NCBI GenBank assembly: GCA_016283295.1
Contig: JAEEMQ010000009.1
Location: forward strand, 32,713-96,712
Source of the DNA: Alphaproteobacteria bacterium
GTDB lineage: Bacteria > Pseudomonadota > Alphaproteobacteria > RF32 > CAG-239
Length of the DNA stretch: 64,000 bases
Direction of reading: 5' to 3'
In this document: one piece after another, positions 55,382 through 64,000 of the stretch
How positions within the stretch are numbered: the first letter of the stretch is position 1
Layout of the letters: the number at the start of each line of letters is the position of its first letter
Position numbers and translations under genes: made by a program
Notes under the pieces: generated by a model
Databases searched by the model: none
What the model was told of the DNA's origin: nothing
What the model saw: the letters and a program-made list of their open reading frames with translations, nothing else

Positions 55382-56503
55382 TTATTTTTGTTGTGCCCAA
55401 GCCGGAATTTCTTTGTTGCGTGTTTCCGGTTGCGGCGATTGTTGTTGATTTTCCTGTTGCGAATAGGCCGGGACCAATTCATCATCGGCACGGTCGGCGC
55501 CGGCAGAAATCTGCCGTTTCAACGGGGTAATGGCTTTGCCGATTTCTTCGCCGCCGTCGGTGACACTACGCGCAAGTGTGGCATTTTTCACCTTTTTAAC
55601 CGTTTCATCAAAGTTTTCCAAATCTTCTTTTTTCAGAGAATGCATAGCCGCATACAAATTTTTCATGGTTTCGGTTTTGGTGCGGTTGAACATTATCAGA
55701 CACATATTAAATCTGGCAGGATCATTATTCTCGAGAGCGTAGTTCATTGACCAGCTGAGCAGTTGACAAATCCGGTTACGATAAGCAAGCCAGCTGTCAT
55801 ACATATCGCGATAGTTGCCGCGTTGCAGGTTAGGGCCGTTGTTCCATTTATCGACATACGGGTCGGTAATGAATGTTTTATACATATCTTTGACTTCCTG
55901 TGCCGAGCGGCCGATTTCTTCTTGCAGGCAATCTTCGAGCGGCTCTTTTTGAATGCAGGAATTAAAGCGGTTATCGTGGGTAATTTCAATCAGCTTGTTC
56001 AAATTATCGATGGTAGTTTTATCAACCTCGTTTGCCGGGTCGATGGTTTTTTCGCCCGTTGCTTTCTTGCTCTCACCGATTTTCATCAGCTGTAAAATAC
56101 CTTCAAGTTGCGCTTTGTGCTGAAAAGTGTAGTATAAATTACAGGAATATCTTTCATCAACAGTCGGCTTTATATGTGAGCTGGCAACATAGGCAAGCAT
56201 ACACATACGGTTGCGAAAGGCGCTCCAGCTTTCATACATGTCGCGCAAAATTTCCGTGTTTTCTTCCAAATTTGCGTGCCACTTCAAAATGGTCGGATCT
56301 TTCAGAATATCGCGATAATCGCGTTTTACCGCTTCGAGATTTCGCAACATTTCGTCGTGGGCGCATTTATCCAATCGGCCGGTGGCCTGCGCGCAATGTT
56401 TGTATTCTTCGTCGTCTTCATAATACGGCATATCGGCCCGAACGGACTTTAATCCGCAGATAACGCTTATTAATGCTGTTGCCATAAATGTATATTTATT
56501 CAT
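55382..56503 (-). CDS. secreted protein with two tandem DUF1311/LprI-like domains
   Basis: Signal peptide; internal duplication (C....C..RDMYESWSAFRNRMCML versus C....C..RDMYDSWLAYRNRICQL) matching the lysozyme-inhibitor LprI N-terminal-like pattern. Confidence 0.5.
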   Translation of the reverse strand: MNKYTFMATALISVICGLKSVRADMPYYEDDEEYKHCAQATGRLDKCAHDEMLRNLEAVKRDYRDILKDPTILKWHANLEENTEILRDMYESWSAFRNRMCMLAYVASSHIKPTVDERYSCNLYYTFQHKAQLEGILQLMKIGESKKATGEKTIDPANEVDKTTIDNLNKLIEITHDNRFNSCIQKEPLEDCLQEEIGRSAQEVKDMYKTFITDPYVDKWNNGPNLQRGNYRDMYDSWLAYRNRICQLLSWSMNYALENNDPARFNMCLIMFNRTKTETMKNLYAAMHSLKKEDLENFDETVKKVKNATLARSVTDGGEEIGKAITPLKRQISAGADRADDELVPAYSQQENQQQSPQPETRNKEIPAWAQQK

Positions 56504-56559
56504 AATAAACCCCGCTCATAATTTTGAAATATGGTAATATAAAAAAAGTAAAAATACAA

Positions 56560-57333
56560 TTAAATACGGAAGATATCGGCAAAGGTTTTTCCCTGCCGCA
56601 AAATGCTCTCGGCCGCCGGTGTATAATTGCCCGCATCGTCGTGAATGACAAACGGCGGCAAAATTTTGCACGGAGCTTTGGAATCTTTTTGCGCCGATAC
56701 GATGACCCGTTTGGCATTTTGCGCGGTTTTGGAATACAGCGGCAGAACGGTCAGATTGCCGGCTTTGTTATGCAGAGCCGTGCATATTTGCGGCAACGCT
56801 TCGGCTCGGTGCACAAAATATATGCGGCCGAAAGGTTTGGCCATTTTTAAGCAAAACGCCACCCATTTTTCAAGGTTGAAATCAAGCTGATTGTGGGCCG
56901 TCGCTTTGCTTTTGTTGGGAGAAGGCATATCGTTTTCGCTGTACGGCGGGTTGGAAATCACAATATCAAAAGAGCAGGGCGAAATATCCGCCGAGGCTAT
57001 CTTTTGCCGAATATCCGCCTGATGAAAGCGCACAAAAGAAAAGCCGTTGGCGGCGGCGCTCAGATTGGCCAGTTCCGCCAGTTCGTTCTGCAGTTCCAGA
57101 CCGTGAATTTCCACCTTTTGATTTTGTAAACGTTGCGCCAGACAAAGCGAAATCGCGCCGGTGCCGGAACCTACATCCAAAATCCGGCTGCCCGGCTTAA
57201 TATTATCCGCCATGGCCGAAAGCAGTACCGCATCGCTTGAGGCGCGGTATCCGTTAACAGGCTGAAATATTTTAACTTTTTTATCCAGCAGATAATCGTT
57301 GGTGTATTCGGTCGGCATCGTTTTCTCATACAA
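56560..57333 (-). CDS. SAM-dependent N6-adenine methyltransferase (TrmN6/YfiC-like)
   Basis: ILDVGSGTGAISL SAM motif and VISNPPY catalytic motif. Confidence 0.7.
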   Translation of the reverse strand: MYEKTMPTEYTNDYLLDKKVKIFQPVNGYRASSDAVLLSAMADNIKPGSRILDVGSGTGAISLCLAQRLQNQKVEIHGLELQNELAELANLSAAANGFSFVRFHQADIRQKIASADISPCSFDIVISNPPYSENDMPSPNKSKATAHNQLDFNLEKWVAFCLKMAKPFGRIYFVHRAEALPQICTALHNKAGNLTVLPLYSKTAQNAKRVIVSAQKDSKAPCKILPPFVIHDDAGNYTPAAESILRQGKTFADIFRI

Positions 57334-57377
57334 AAAAAACTCAGGAAAATCTCCTGAGCTTTTAGTAAACTAAGCAA

Positions 57378-57617
57378 TTAATCGTTTGCGTTAGGGCTTA
57401 CCGCAGCCTGTTCCGCATTGAATTTGATGGCTTCGGCCGAGGCTTCGGCATCGTTGCAAATTGCGCTTTGCGGACATTCGGCAATGCAAGCGCCGCAATC
57501 AATGCAGGTATCCGGATCGATAACCAGCTGTGAACCGGCATCATGCATGGCACTGACCGGACAAATGGAAGCGCAAGTTCCGCATTTAATACAAGAATCG
57601 TTAATTACTGAAGGCAT
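57378..57617 (-). CDS. 2x[4Fe-4S] ferredoxin
   Basis: CIKCGTCASICP and CIDCGACIAECP cluster motifs in 79 aa. Confidence 0.85.
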   Translation of the reverse strand: MPSVINDSCIKCGTCASICPVSAMHDAGSQLVIDPDTCIDCGACIAECPQSAICNDAEASAEAIKFNAEQAAVSPNAND

Positions 57618-57766
57618 TTCTAATCTCCTTAAAATAGTTTATGTTCTTCGGTTGTAAGGCGCAGTTTATCCGATTTAATCAGAAAATCAAGATATTTTTT
57701 AAATTTATCTTTACAAACGATTTAAAATTTTTCATATATAGGGGTATATTATTGAGAGGTGTCAAA

Positions 57767-58867
57767 ATGAAAGTATTTTATTTACTGTTTTTATCCGGAT
57801 TGTTGGCCGTACCTGCTTATGCCGAAGATGATGTTTTATCCATGGCGGCGGAGAGTGTGTCCGTAGCCGCGGAAGAGGTTGCGGAAGATGCGGAAGCGGC
57901 CGCAAATGAGGTTGGAAAAGCCGTCAACATTGCCGAGGAAAAGGTTGACTTGTTAGAGGCAACCGCAACGCCGGAGGAAGATACGGCGGTTGATGCGGCT
58001 GAGGAAAAAGTTGACTTGTTGGAGACGACCGCAACGCCGGAAGAAGATACTGTAGTCGATACGGCTCAGGAAAAGGCTGACCTGTTGCAAGAAGCCGAAA
58101 CGTCGGAAGAAGATACGGCGGTTGAAGTGGCTCAGGAAAAAGTTGACCTGTTAAAGGCTACCGAAACATCGGAAGAAACGACCGCGGCGGAGGAAAAAGC
58201 ATCGGAAGCTCTGCCGGAAGATTTTAAGGAAAAATTGTATGCCTGCACTCCGGCCGCAACATCGAGAAATGTGAATAATCAAGTGGAAAATATCGAAATT
58301 CGGGGCGCGGATGACGAAAACTGCAAAATAAGGTTTGTGATTTTTGATTTGAGTATACCGATGAGCGATTTGACGCAAATAGGAACTTATGAGGACTTTG
58401 AAAAATTGTGCAAAAATCCGGAAATAAGCACGCTGGCTTATACCGATAGATACAATTATGCCAACTTGATGTCGGAGCTGAATCAGTGCAAAGGGTATCA
58501 ATTTTTGCATCATAACGGTCGCGCCACGACGGAATATCCGGCCGTTAACGTCACGGTAATAACGGATATGACCGCTCAGCTCAAAGAAGATGTTTGCGAA
58601 TTGACTTTCGTAAACGAAATCACCGTTGACAACAAATTTATGAATTATACCGTGGTCTGCAAAGTTCCCGAAGAAAAAATCGCCGGGTTGCTGGAATCGT
58701 ATCACGATTTGATTGATTTGTACGGCGCCAAAGAAATAGTGAACGAGGACGGTTCGGTCAGCTCGCGTACCGCAGTTTCTAACGAAAAAACGCGCCATAT
58801 TGACGCCAAACTGATGTATGAGTTGCAAACGGCCGGTTATTGCGGACTTTTGGAAACAAAAGAATAA
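57767..58867 (+). CDS. secreted acidic tandem-repeat protein (hypothetical)
   Basis: Signal peptide MKVFYLLFLSGLLAVPAYA; four ~23-aa repeats EEKVDLLEATATPEEDTAVDAA; Cys-containing C-terminal domain; frequent ATA/AGA/AGG codons. Confidence 0.6.
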   Translation: MKVFYLLFLSGLLAVPAYAEDDVLSMAAESVSVAAEEVAEDAEAAANEVGKAVNIAEEKVDLLEATATPEEDTAVDAAEEKVDLLETTATPEEDTVVDTAQEKADLLQEAETSEEDTAVEVAQEKVDLLKATETSEETTAAEEKASEALPEDFKEKLYACTPAATSRNVNNQVENIEIRGADDENCKIRFVIFDLSIPMSDLTQIGTYEDFEKLCKNPEISTLAYTDRYNYANLMSELNQCKGYQFLHHNGRATTEYPAVNVTVITDMTAQLKEDVCELTFVNEITVDNKFMNYTVVCKVPEEKIAGLLESYHDLIDLYGAKEIVNEDGSVSSRTAVSNEKTRHIDAKLMYELQTAGYCGLLETKE

Positions 58868-58885
58868 GCGCATTTTATAATACGA

Positions 58886-58916
58886 CGCCGGCTCATTAGT
58901 TGAGTCGGCGTTTTTG
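58886..58916. terminator. bidirectional terminator between convergent genes
   Basis: cgccggctc-attagtt-gagtcggcg followed by a T-run. Confidence 0.45.
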
Positions 58917-58934
58917 TTTTTATAGGGCTTAAAG

Positions 58935-59909
58935 TCAGTCGTTTTGCTTGGATTTGCGCTTTGCGACTATCGCCTTTGTGCCGGTTGTTTTTGATTTATC
59001 TTGGTTGAGTTGTATTTTCCGCCGGCTGCGTAATCCTTCCTCAAATTGCCGGGACAACTCGCGCGGGTTGAGCTGAACCCACGTTGATTCTTGTGCCGCC
59101 AACGGATTTTGCTGCTGTGCCGCCGCCAACCGTGAAGCATTATATTGTCTGATGCTTTCCTGATATATTTGGACTCTTCTGCGCGATTGGTCGCGTTCTT
59201 CATACAAAGAATAAACCCGGTCTTTTTTATGGTTGTTTTTAAACGGAATTCCCTCAAACGGAACGTCATAACCGTTGGCCTTGGCAAAATTTTCGACCGA
59301 CGACGGCAGAGCCACTATTCCGTCCGGTTTGGTTTCCGACATATCAATCCCCAGTTTTTTGAACACATTGATTACCTGGTCTGCGCAGTTGTTGTTGTAT
59401 AATTGATACGGGCTGCACTCTCGGCGCACCTGTTGCATGGCGGTTTTTATTTTGGCCGGAGTTACGTTGCCCGGCAGCTGGCTCGGATATATGGCATAAC
59501 AGGATATATCTTCGGCATCTTCCGGGATGTTGGCTTCCGTGCGGAAAACGGCCGGATTGGAAGCGCCGGTCGTCGAATACAATACGGCTCCGGCTTGAGC
59601 CAGGAGATCATCATCTTTTTGCGCATTATAAACGCCGCTCGGATAAAGGTCGACGCGTTCGCCGTCATAATACATACCGACGTGACCGACACCGCCCGTA
59701 TGGTATTTATAAATATAAATCGGCTTTTCATCTTTCGGCGGCATCGGGGTACGCTTGGTAATCGGCTTGATGTCCTGATTGTAGCCGTTGACTATTAGAT
59801 CTATGGTCTGGGCACCATCACTGATTGCCGCAGTTGCTGTAGGTGCGCTGAACGGGAAGTAGTCGGGTAATCCGAATCTGTTACTCATTAATCTTTGTTT
59901 ATTGCTCAT
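58935..59909 (-). CDS. PPPDE/DeSI-like (permuted papain-fold) putative peptidase with basic C-terminal tail
   Basis: IYKYHTGGVGHVGMYYDG matches IWHTSIVVH..FFFG, and YQLYNNNCADQVINVFKKL matches YNLFEHNCNTFSNEVAQFL, of eukaryotic DeSI/PPPDE; His precedes Cys; Arg/Gln/Lys-rich C-terminal ~90 aa. Confidence 0.45.
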   Translation of the reverse strand: MSNKQRLMSNRFGLPDYFPFSAPTATAAISDGAQTIDLIVNGYNQDIKPITKRTPMPPKDEKPIYIYKYHTGGVGHVGMYYDGERVDLYPSGVYNAQKDDDLLAQAGAVLYSTTGASNPAVFRTEANIPEDAEDISCYAIYPSQLPGNVTPAKIKTAMQQVRRECSPYQLYNNNCADQVINVFKKLGIDMSETKPDGIVALPSSVENFAKANGYDVPFEGIPFKNNHKKDRVYSLYEERDQSRRRVQIYQESIRQYNASRLAAAQQQNPLAAQESTWVQLNPRELSRQFEEGLRSRRKIQLNQDKSKTTGTKAIVAKRKSKQND

Positions 59910-59974
59910 GTCGCTGCTCCCCTAAACCTATCGATTGTATTTTAGCTGATTCGGGCGGTTAAGTCAATATGATT

Positions 59975-60856
59975 CTATGCGGCTTCGGCGGCCCGGTTGG
60001 CCGTTTTGCGCCACATATTTTTTTTGTGACTGAAATCTTCGAGTGCGGCGGTTAAAATGGCGCCGGAAAGCACCACGTTCCACCATAAATACATCCAAAC
60101 CAACAAAACCGGCACGGCGGCCAATGCGCCGTAAATGGTGCGATAAGTAACGTTTAATTGCAGAAAATAGCCGAAGCCGATGCGCAGAATAAACATCGCA
60201 ACCGAGGCAAACAAGGCGCCGTAAAAGGCATTTTTGTAGCCGACTTTTTTGTTTGGCACCAGAACATAAGCAAACATCAGACACAACAGCGTCGGCAGAT
60301 GCGGCAAAATATAAGTGGCAAACCAGTTGTAGCCGATAATGTTTTCCGGATTAAGGTAACGAATGGTGAACAGATATCCTTTCAAATACAGCGCCGAGCC
60401 GATGAGAAGCGGGCAGACAATAATGATAAAGGCATACCCGTAGATTTTGGTGGTGATTTTGCGGCGGCGTTTGATTTGAAAAATAAAATTAAAACTGTCT
60501 TCAATGGTGGAGAGCATAAACACCGCGGTTAAGGCGATACCGGCCAGACCGATGGTGGTCAGCTTGCCGGCGGCACCGATAAATACATTAATATAATGTT
60601 GTACGTTCTGAATCATATCCGGCATAACGTAGCGTATCAGCATTTCCTGCACCTGTGCCCGCATATCGGCAAACATCGGGAAAAAGGCAAACACCGCCAA
60701 CACAACGGCCATAAACGGCACAACCGCCAATAGCGTGGTATAGCTGAGCGCGGCGGCCGAACGCAGAATCATGGCGTCCTGTACCCGATAAAACAAATAT
60801 TTGGCAAAAAGCCAGACAGTTTTGCGGGTTTTACCGGATAATTGCAATTTTGACAT
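59975..60856 (-). CDS. YihY/BrkB family inner-membrane protein
   Basis: Start MSKLQLS; LRSAAALSYTTLLAVVPFMAVVLAV signature region; ~6 TM segments. Confidence 0.8.
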   Translation of the reverse strand: MSKLQLSGKTRKTVWLFAKYLFYRVQDAMILRSAAALSYTTLLAVVPFMAVVLAVFAFFPMFADMRAQVQEMLIRYVMPDMIQNVQHYINVFIGAAGKLTTIGLAGIALTAVFMLSTIEDSFNFIFQIKRRRKITTKIYGYAFIIIVCPLLIGSALYLKGYLFTIRYLNPENIIGYNWFATYILPHLPTLLCLMFAYVLVPNKKVGYKNAFYGALFASVAMFILRIGFGYFLQLNVTYRTIYGALAAVPVLLVWMYLWWNVVLSGAILTAALEDFSHKKNMWRKTANRAAEAA

Positions 60857-60957
60857 CGTACAACTTTCAAAAAAAGATTTACAAACGAGATTAATTCTGT
60901 ATAAGTATCTCAACAGTAACTAATATATAACCAATAACTTAAAAAAAGGATAAGAAG

Positions 60958-61782
60958 ATGGCAGAACAGCTTATGGCCGGTAAAAAAGGCATTATCATGG
61001 GTTTGGCAAACGATAAATCTATCGCATGGGGAATTGCGCAGGCCTTAAACGAGCATGGTGCGCAGATTGCGATTTCGTATCAGAACGATATGCTGGAAAA
61101 ACGGGTGCGTCCGCTCGCCGAACAGCTCAATAATCCGCTGTTGATAAAGTGCGATGTTTCCGACAGCGCCTCGGTGGAACAATGCTTTAAGGAACTCGGC
61201 GAAAAATGGGGTAAAATCGATTTTGTGGTTCACGCCATTGCTTTTTCCGACAAAGATCAACTGCGCGGTCGTACCATTGACACCACACTGGATAACTTTT
61301 TGAACACCATGCATATTTCGTGCTATTCGTTTTTGGAGGCTTGCCGTTGCGCTTCGCCGATTATGAATGAAAACGGCTCGATTGTGACGCTGACCTATTT
61401 GGGTGCCGAGAGAGTTTTGCCGAACTATAACATTATGGGTGTGGCTAAGGCCGCTTTGGAAGCTTCGGTGCGTTATGCCGCGGTGGATATGGGTAAGCAG
61501 GGCGTACGCGTTAACGCGATTTCCGCCGGCCCGATTAAAACTTTGGCCGCTTCCGGTATCGGCGATTTCCGCACGATTTTGCGCTGGAACGAATTGAATG
61601 CGCCGCTGCAACACAATGTTTCGCAAACTCAAGTCGGCAATATGGCTTTGAGCCTGCTTTCGGATTTGGGCGCGGCCGTAACCGGCGAAGTGGTTCACGT
61701 GGACTGCGGCTACAACAAAATCGCCATGCTGAACATCGATAAAGTGGAGGAAAGTGCCGAAGTTTTGAGCGAATTTAAATAA
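60958..61782 (+). CDS. fabI: enoyl-[acyl-carrier-protein] reductase (NADH) FabI
   Basis: GKKGIIMGLANDKSIAWGIAQ Rossmann N-terminus; Y-x6-K active site (YNIMGVAKAALEA). Confidence 0.85.
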   Translation: MAEQLMAGKKGIIMGLANDKSIAWGIAQALNEHGAQIAISYQNDMLEKRVRPLAEQLNNPLLIKCDVSDSASVEQCFKELGEKWGKIDFVVHAIAFSDKDQLRGRTIDTTLDNFLNTMHISCYSFLEACRCASPIMNENGSIVTLTYLGAERVLPNYNIMGVAKAALEASVRYAAVDMGKQGVRVNAISAGPIKTLAASGIGDFRTILRWNELNAPLQHNVSQTQVGNMALSLLSDLGAAVTGEVVHVDCGYNKIAMLNIDKVEESAEVLSEFK

Positions 61783-61805
61783 TAATAAATAAAATCAGAA
61801 TTTGT

Positions 61806-61835
61806 AAGCCGACTTCTTTGCAAGTCGGCTTTTTG
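61806..61835 (+). terminator. rho-independent terminator after fabI
   Basis: aagccgactt-ctttgc-aagtcggctt followed by a T-run. Confidence 0.55.
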
Positions 61836-62016
61836 GTGTGGGTATAAACAAAAAACTTGACTTTTGTTTATTTTTGTTGTATTTATAGCAATACAATCGA
61901 ATTATGAGTATATCATTAGAAAAATGTTTCCTTGCGCTGGCAGGGAATACATATACATGTTCAACAAATGTAAGCCGTAGAGAACCTACGCTCGTTAAAG
62001 CCGAGAAAATCAGCGT

Positions 62017-62784
62017 ATGAGAAAAAATGTCTATGGAATTTACCGTGCGTTACGTCATTTCGGCGTTTCCGCAAGTGAGGTAAATGAGATTGCCAAGGCC
62101 TACACAACCTGGCTTACCTGTCCGATTGAGGAGAAGAGCCCGTACAACTGGGTGTATTCTCTGGGTGGTGTGTTGGTATCTTTGCCGTTCCCGATTGATA
62201 CCCTGAACGAAAAGGGAAAACTGGTCGGTTACGCTATCGGTGACATTGTTTTCGGTGCGGTTGTGTCTGAAAAGGTCAAGAAGGATGATGTCGAGGGCTA
62301 CCTGCAGGGCATCAAAGAAGACCTGAAGCAGACGATGGTCGGCGTTGCCGATGATGACGTTCCGGAAATCGAATTCCGTCTTCCGACGGCGGAGGAGGCA
62401 GGTAAGATATTCTCTTGCTTTGCCAAGAACTGGCTGGAGAATTGCCTTGCCACGATGGAGGATGCCGCTGCTGAGATTCCCGATGTGGAGCTGCCGGAAG
62501 GAGCTGAGATTCATCTGCATTACTCCGGGGTCAACCAGATTCCCGACATGTGGATCGCTCCCGATGCCGATGCTCCCGACAAGACCGCAGTGCGCCTCGG
62601 TATCGACCGCTTCGGTGCCCCGTATTGTCGGCCGTACACTCCGGGGAAAAGGGTAAAGCCGTCGGTCTGTGCAGTAGCGCGCCTGCGCAAGGGCATAGAC
62701 TTTATCGGTAAGGTAGGCAAGTATGGCGTTCCGACGCCCGCTACGCTGAAGATGAAGAGCTTGCTGCTCGACAGTCTGTATTAA
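62017..62784 (+). CDS. hypothetical protein (compositionally atypical)
   Basis: 255-aa ORF with GC-rich third positions (CCC Pro, GAG Glu, CTG Leu), unlike neighbouring genes; no recognisable family. Confidence 0.55.
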   Translation: MRKNVYGIYRALRHFGVSASEVNEIAKAYTTWLTCPIEEKSPYNWVYSLGGVLVSLPFPIDTLNEKGKLVGYAIGDIVFGAVVSEKVKKDDVEGYLQGIKEDLKQTMVGVADDDVPEIEFRLPTAEEAGKIFSCFAKNWLENCLATMEDAAAEIPDVELPEGAEIHLHYSGVNQIPDMWIAPDADAPDKTAVRLGIDRFGAPYCRPYTPGKRVKPSVCAVARLRKGIDFIGKVGKYGVPTPATLKMKSLLLDSLY

Positions 62785-62960
62785 ACGGTGAAATCGGCCG
62801 GATAAGACGGGCTGCGATGCATGAATCTTGAAGAATCCGCTTGAGGTACCATACCTCGGGCGGATTTTTTTGGCTTTATATATTTTTGTTCAAAAAATAG
62901 CGGTTTTCTGTTGCAAGCCGCGAAAATATGTGTATTATTGCACAATAGGAGACTTGGTAT

Positions 62961-63731
62961 ATGGTAAAGATATCGGCTTATGTGATTACTTTTAATGAAG
63001 AAAAGCGCCTCGGTAAGACTTTGGATGCGCTGGATCAGGTTGCCGATGAAATCGTGGTGGTGGACAGCGGCAGTACCGATAAAACCGAAGAAGTCGCCAG
63101 AAAACACGCAAAAGTCAGATTTATGCACCGCGATTGGATAAGCTATGCCAACCAGAAAAACTTTGCGCAGAATCAGTGCCAAAACGAATGGCTGCTTTCG
63201 ATTGATGCCGATGAGGTGCTCTCCGACGAACTGATTGCCGAAATCAACGAGATTAAAAAAGACCCGCTTTATGTGGTGTATAAAGTGCGAATCGGCGATA
63301 TGTTTCCGGGATTCAAACATCCGCGGCCGTTTACCAAAATGTATAATTTGGAGCGGCTGTATCATCGCGACTATGCTACCATGCACCCTGATTTGCTGAC
63401 CAAGGACCGGATTGCGCTGACCGAAGATGTGCGGGTAGGGCAGCTCAAGGGGTTGGTCTATCACTATTCGTACCTCACGCTCGAGAACCAAATCAACAAG
63501 TTGAACCGCTTTACCAATCAAGTGTTGGAAACGGCGCTGTCCGAGGGTAAACACTATTCGCGGATACGTCTGGTTACGGAGTTTTTCCGCCAGTTCTTCT
63601 GTTATTATATTATAAAGCGTCAGTTTTTGAACGGGCGTTGGGGCTTTGTTTCGGCGGTTACGCTGGCTTATTTCCGCTTTTTGAAAATCGCCAAATGGTT
63701 TGAGTGGAAGGCAACTCAGGCGGATAAATAA
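62961..63731 (+). CDS. family 2 glycosyltransferase, LPS core type (WaaE/KdtX/LgtF-like)
   Basis: KISAYVITFNEEKRL..DEIVVVDSGSTDKTEE..WLLSIDADE motifs. Confidence 0.8.
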   Translation: MVKISAYVITFNEEKRLGKTLDALDQVADEIVVVDSGSTDKTEEVARKHAKVRFMHRDWISYANQKNFAQNQCQNEWLLSIDADEVLSDELIAEINEIKKDPLYVVYKVRIGDMFPGFKHPRPFTKMYNLERLYHRDYATMHPDLLTKDRIALTEDVRVGQLKGLVYHYSYLTLENQINKLNRFTNQVLETALSEGKHYSRIRLVTEFFRQFFCYYIIKRQFLNGRWGFVSAVTLAYFRFLKIAKWFEWKATQADK

Positions 63732-64000
63732 TTTTATTCGTTACAGAAACTTTTTGTCAATTTATTACAATTCACGGCTTGACTTTTGTACAAAAAAATG
63801 TTACAAGAGAACAAAATCAAATTATTTACATCATGAATATTATTAGCAAATTGTGGTGCTGGATTAAAGTTCGCGCAGTCGGACTCAGCACGGAGGAATT
63901 CTTCGCCTTGTGCGGTGCATTTGACAGTAAGTCAAAGATTGCAAAGTATGCTCTGAAAGCGTACTTTAGCTCTTATACACCGGAGAAACCGTGTTTGAAA

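Noticed and set aside
63832-64000. Partial ORF (MNIISKLWCW...) running off the end of the window
   Set aside because: It has no RBS and only 56 codons are visible. No recognisable motif supports a call.
1-64000. Mobile element genes (transposase/integrase), prophage, rRNA
   Set aside because: None of the ORF translations shows DDE transposase, tyrosine or serine recombinase or phage structural motifs, and no rRNA-like sequence is present. The only mobility footprint is the tRNA-Lys fragment repeats.

Overview
This is a 64-kb chromosomal segment from an LPS-producing diderm bacterium with about 47-50% GC, estimated by eye. The housekeeping backbone is: thrS, msbA, pyk, trmFO, rplY-pth, rsmB, a TetR-regulated RND efflux operon, trmN6-like, ferredoxin, yihY, fabI and LPS glycosyltransferases. 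Several accessory or surface-related loci sit among these genes. (1) A 15.6-kb gene encodes a 5196-aa trimeric autotransporter adhesin with a YadA-type C-terminal anchor. It is followed directly by a membrane-anchored OmpH/Skp-like chaperone gene, then a tRNA-Lys(CTT) whose 3' end and terminator are repeated three times in tandem, resembling att-site scars. (2) A 1568-aa extremely acidic repeat protein with no signal peptide and a poly-Asp/Tyr tract. (3) A three-gene cassette of unrecognisable proteins at 4.3-6.7 kb with its own near-consensus promoters, terminators and atypical codon usage. (4) Scattered singletons: a ChpT-like histidine phosphotransferase, a tandem pair of squalene/phytoene-synthase-like genes with degenerate Asp-rich motifs, a PPPDE/DeSI-like permuted papain-fold protein, a tandem DUF1311/LprI-like protein, a secreted acidic tandem-repeat protein, and a high-GC orphan gene. 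I saw no transposase, integrase, CRISPR array or rRNA. Lineage markers conflict (short-form L25 versus TrmFO and ChpT), so I do not assign a taxon. All domain calls are from motif recognition by eye; no searches were run.
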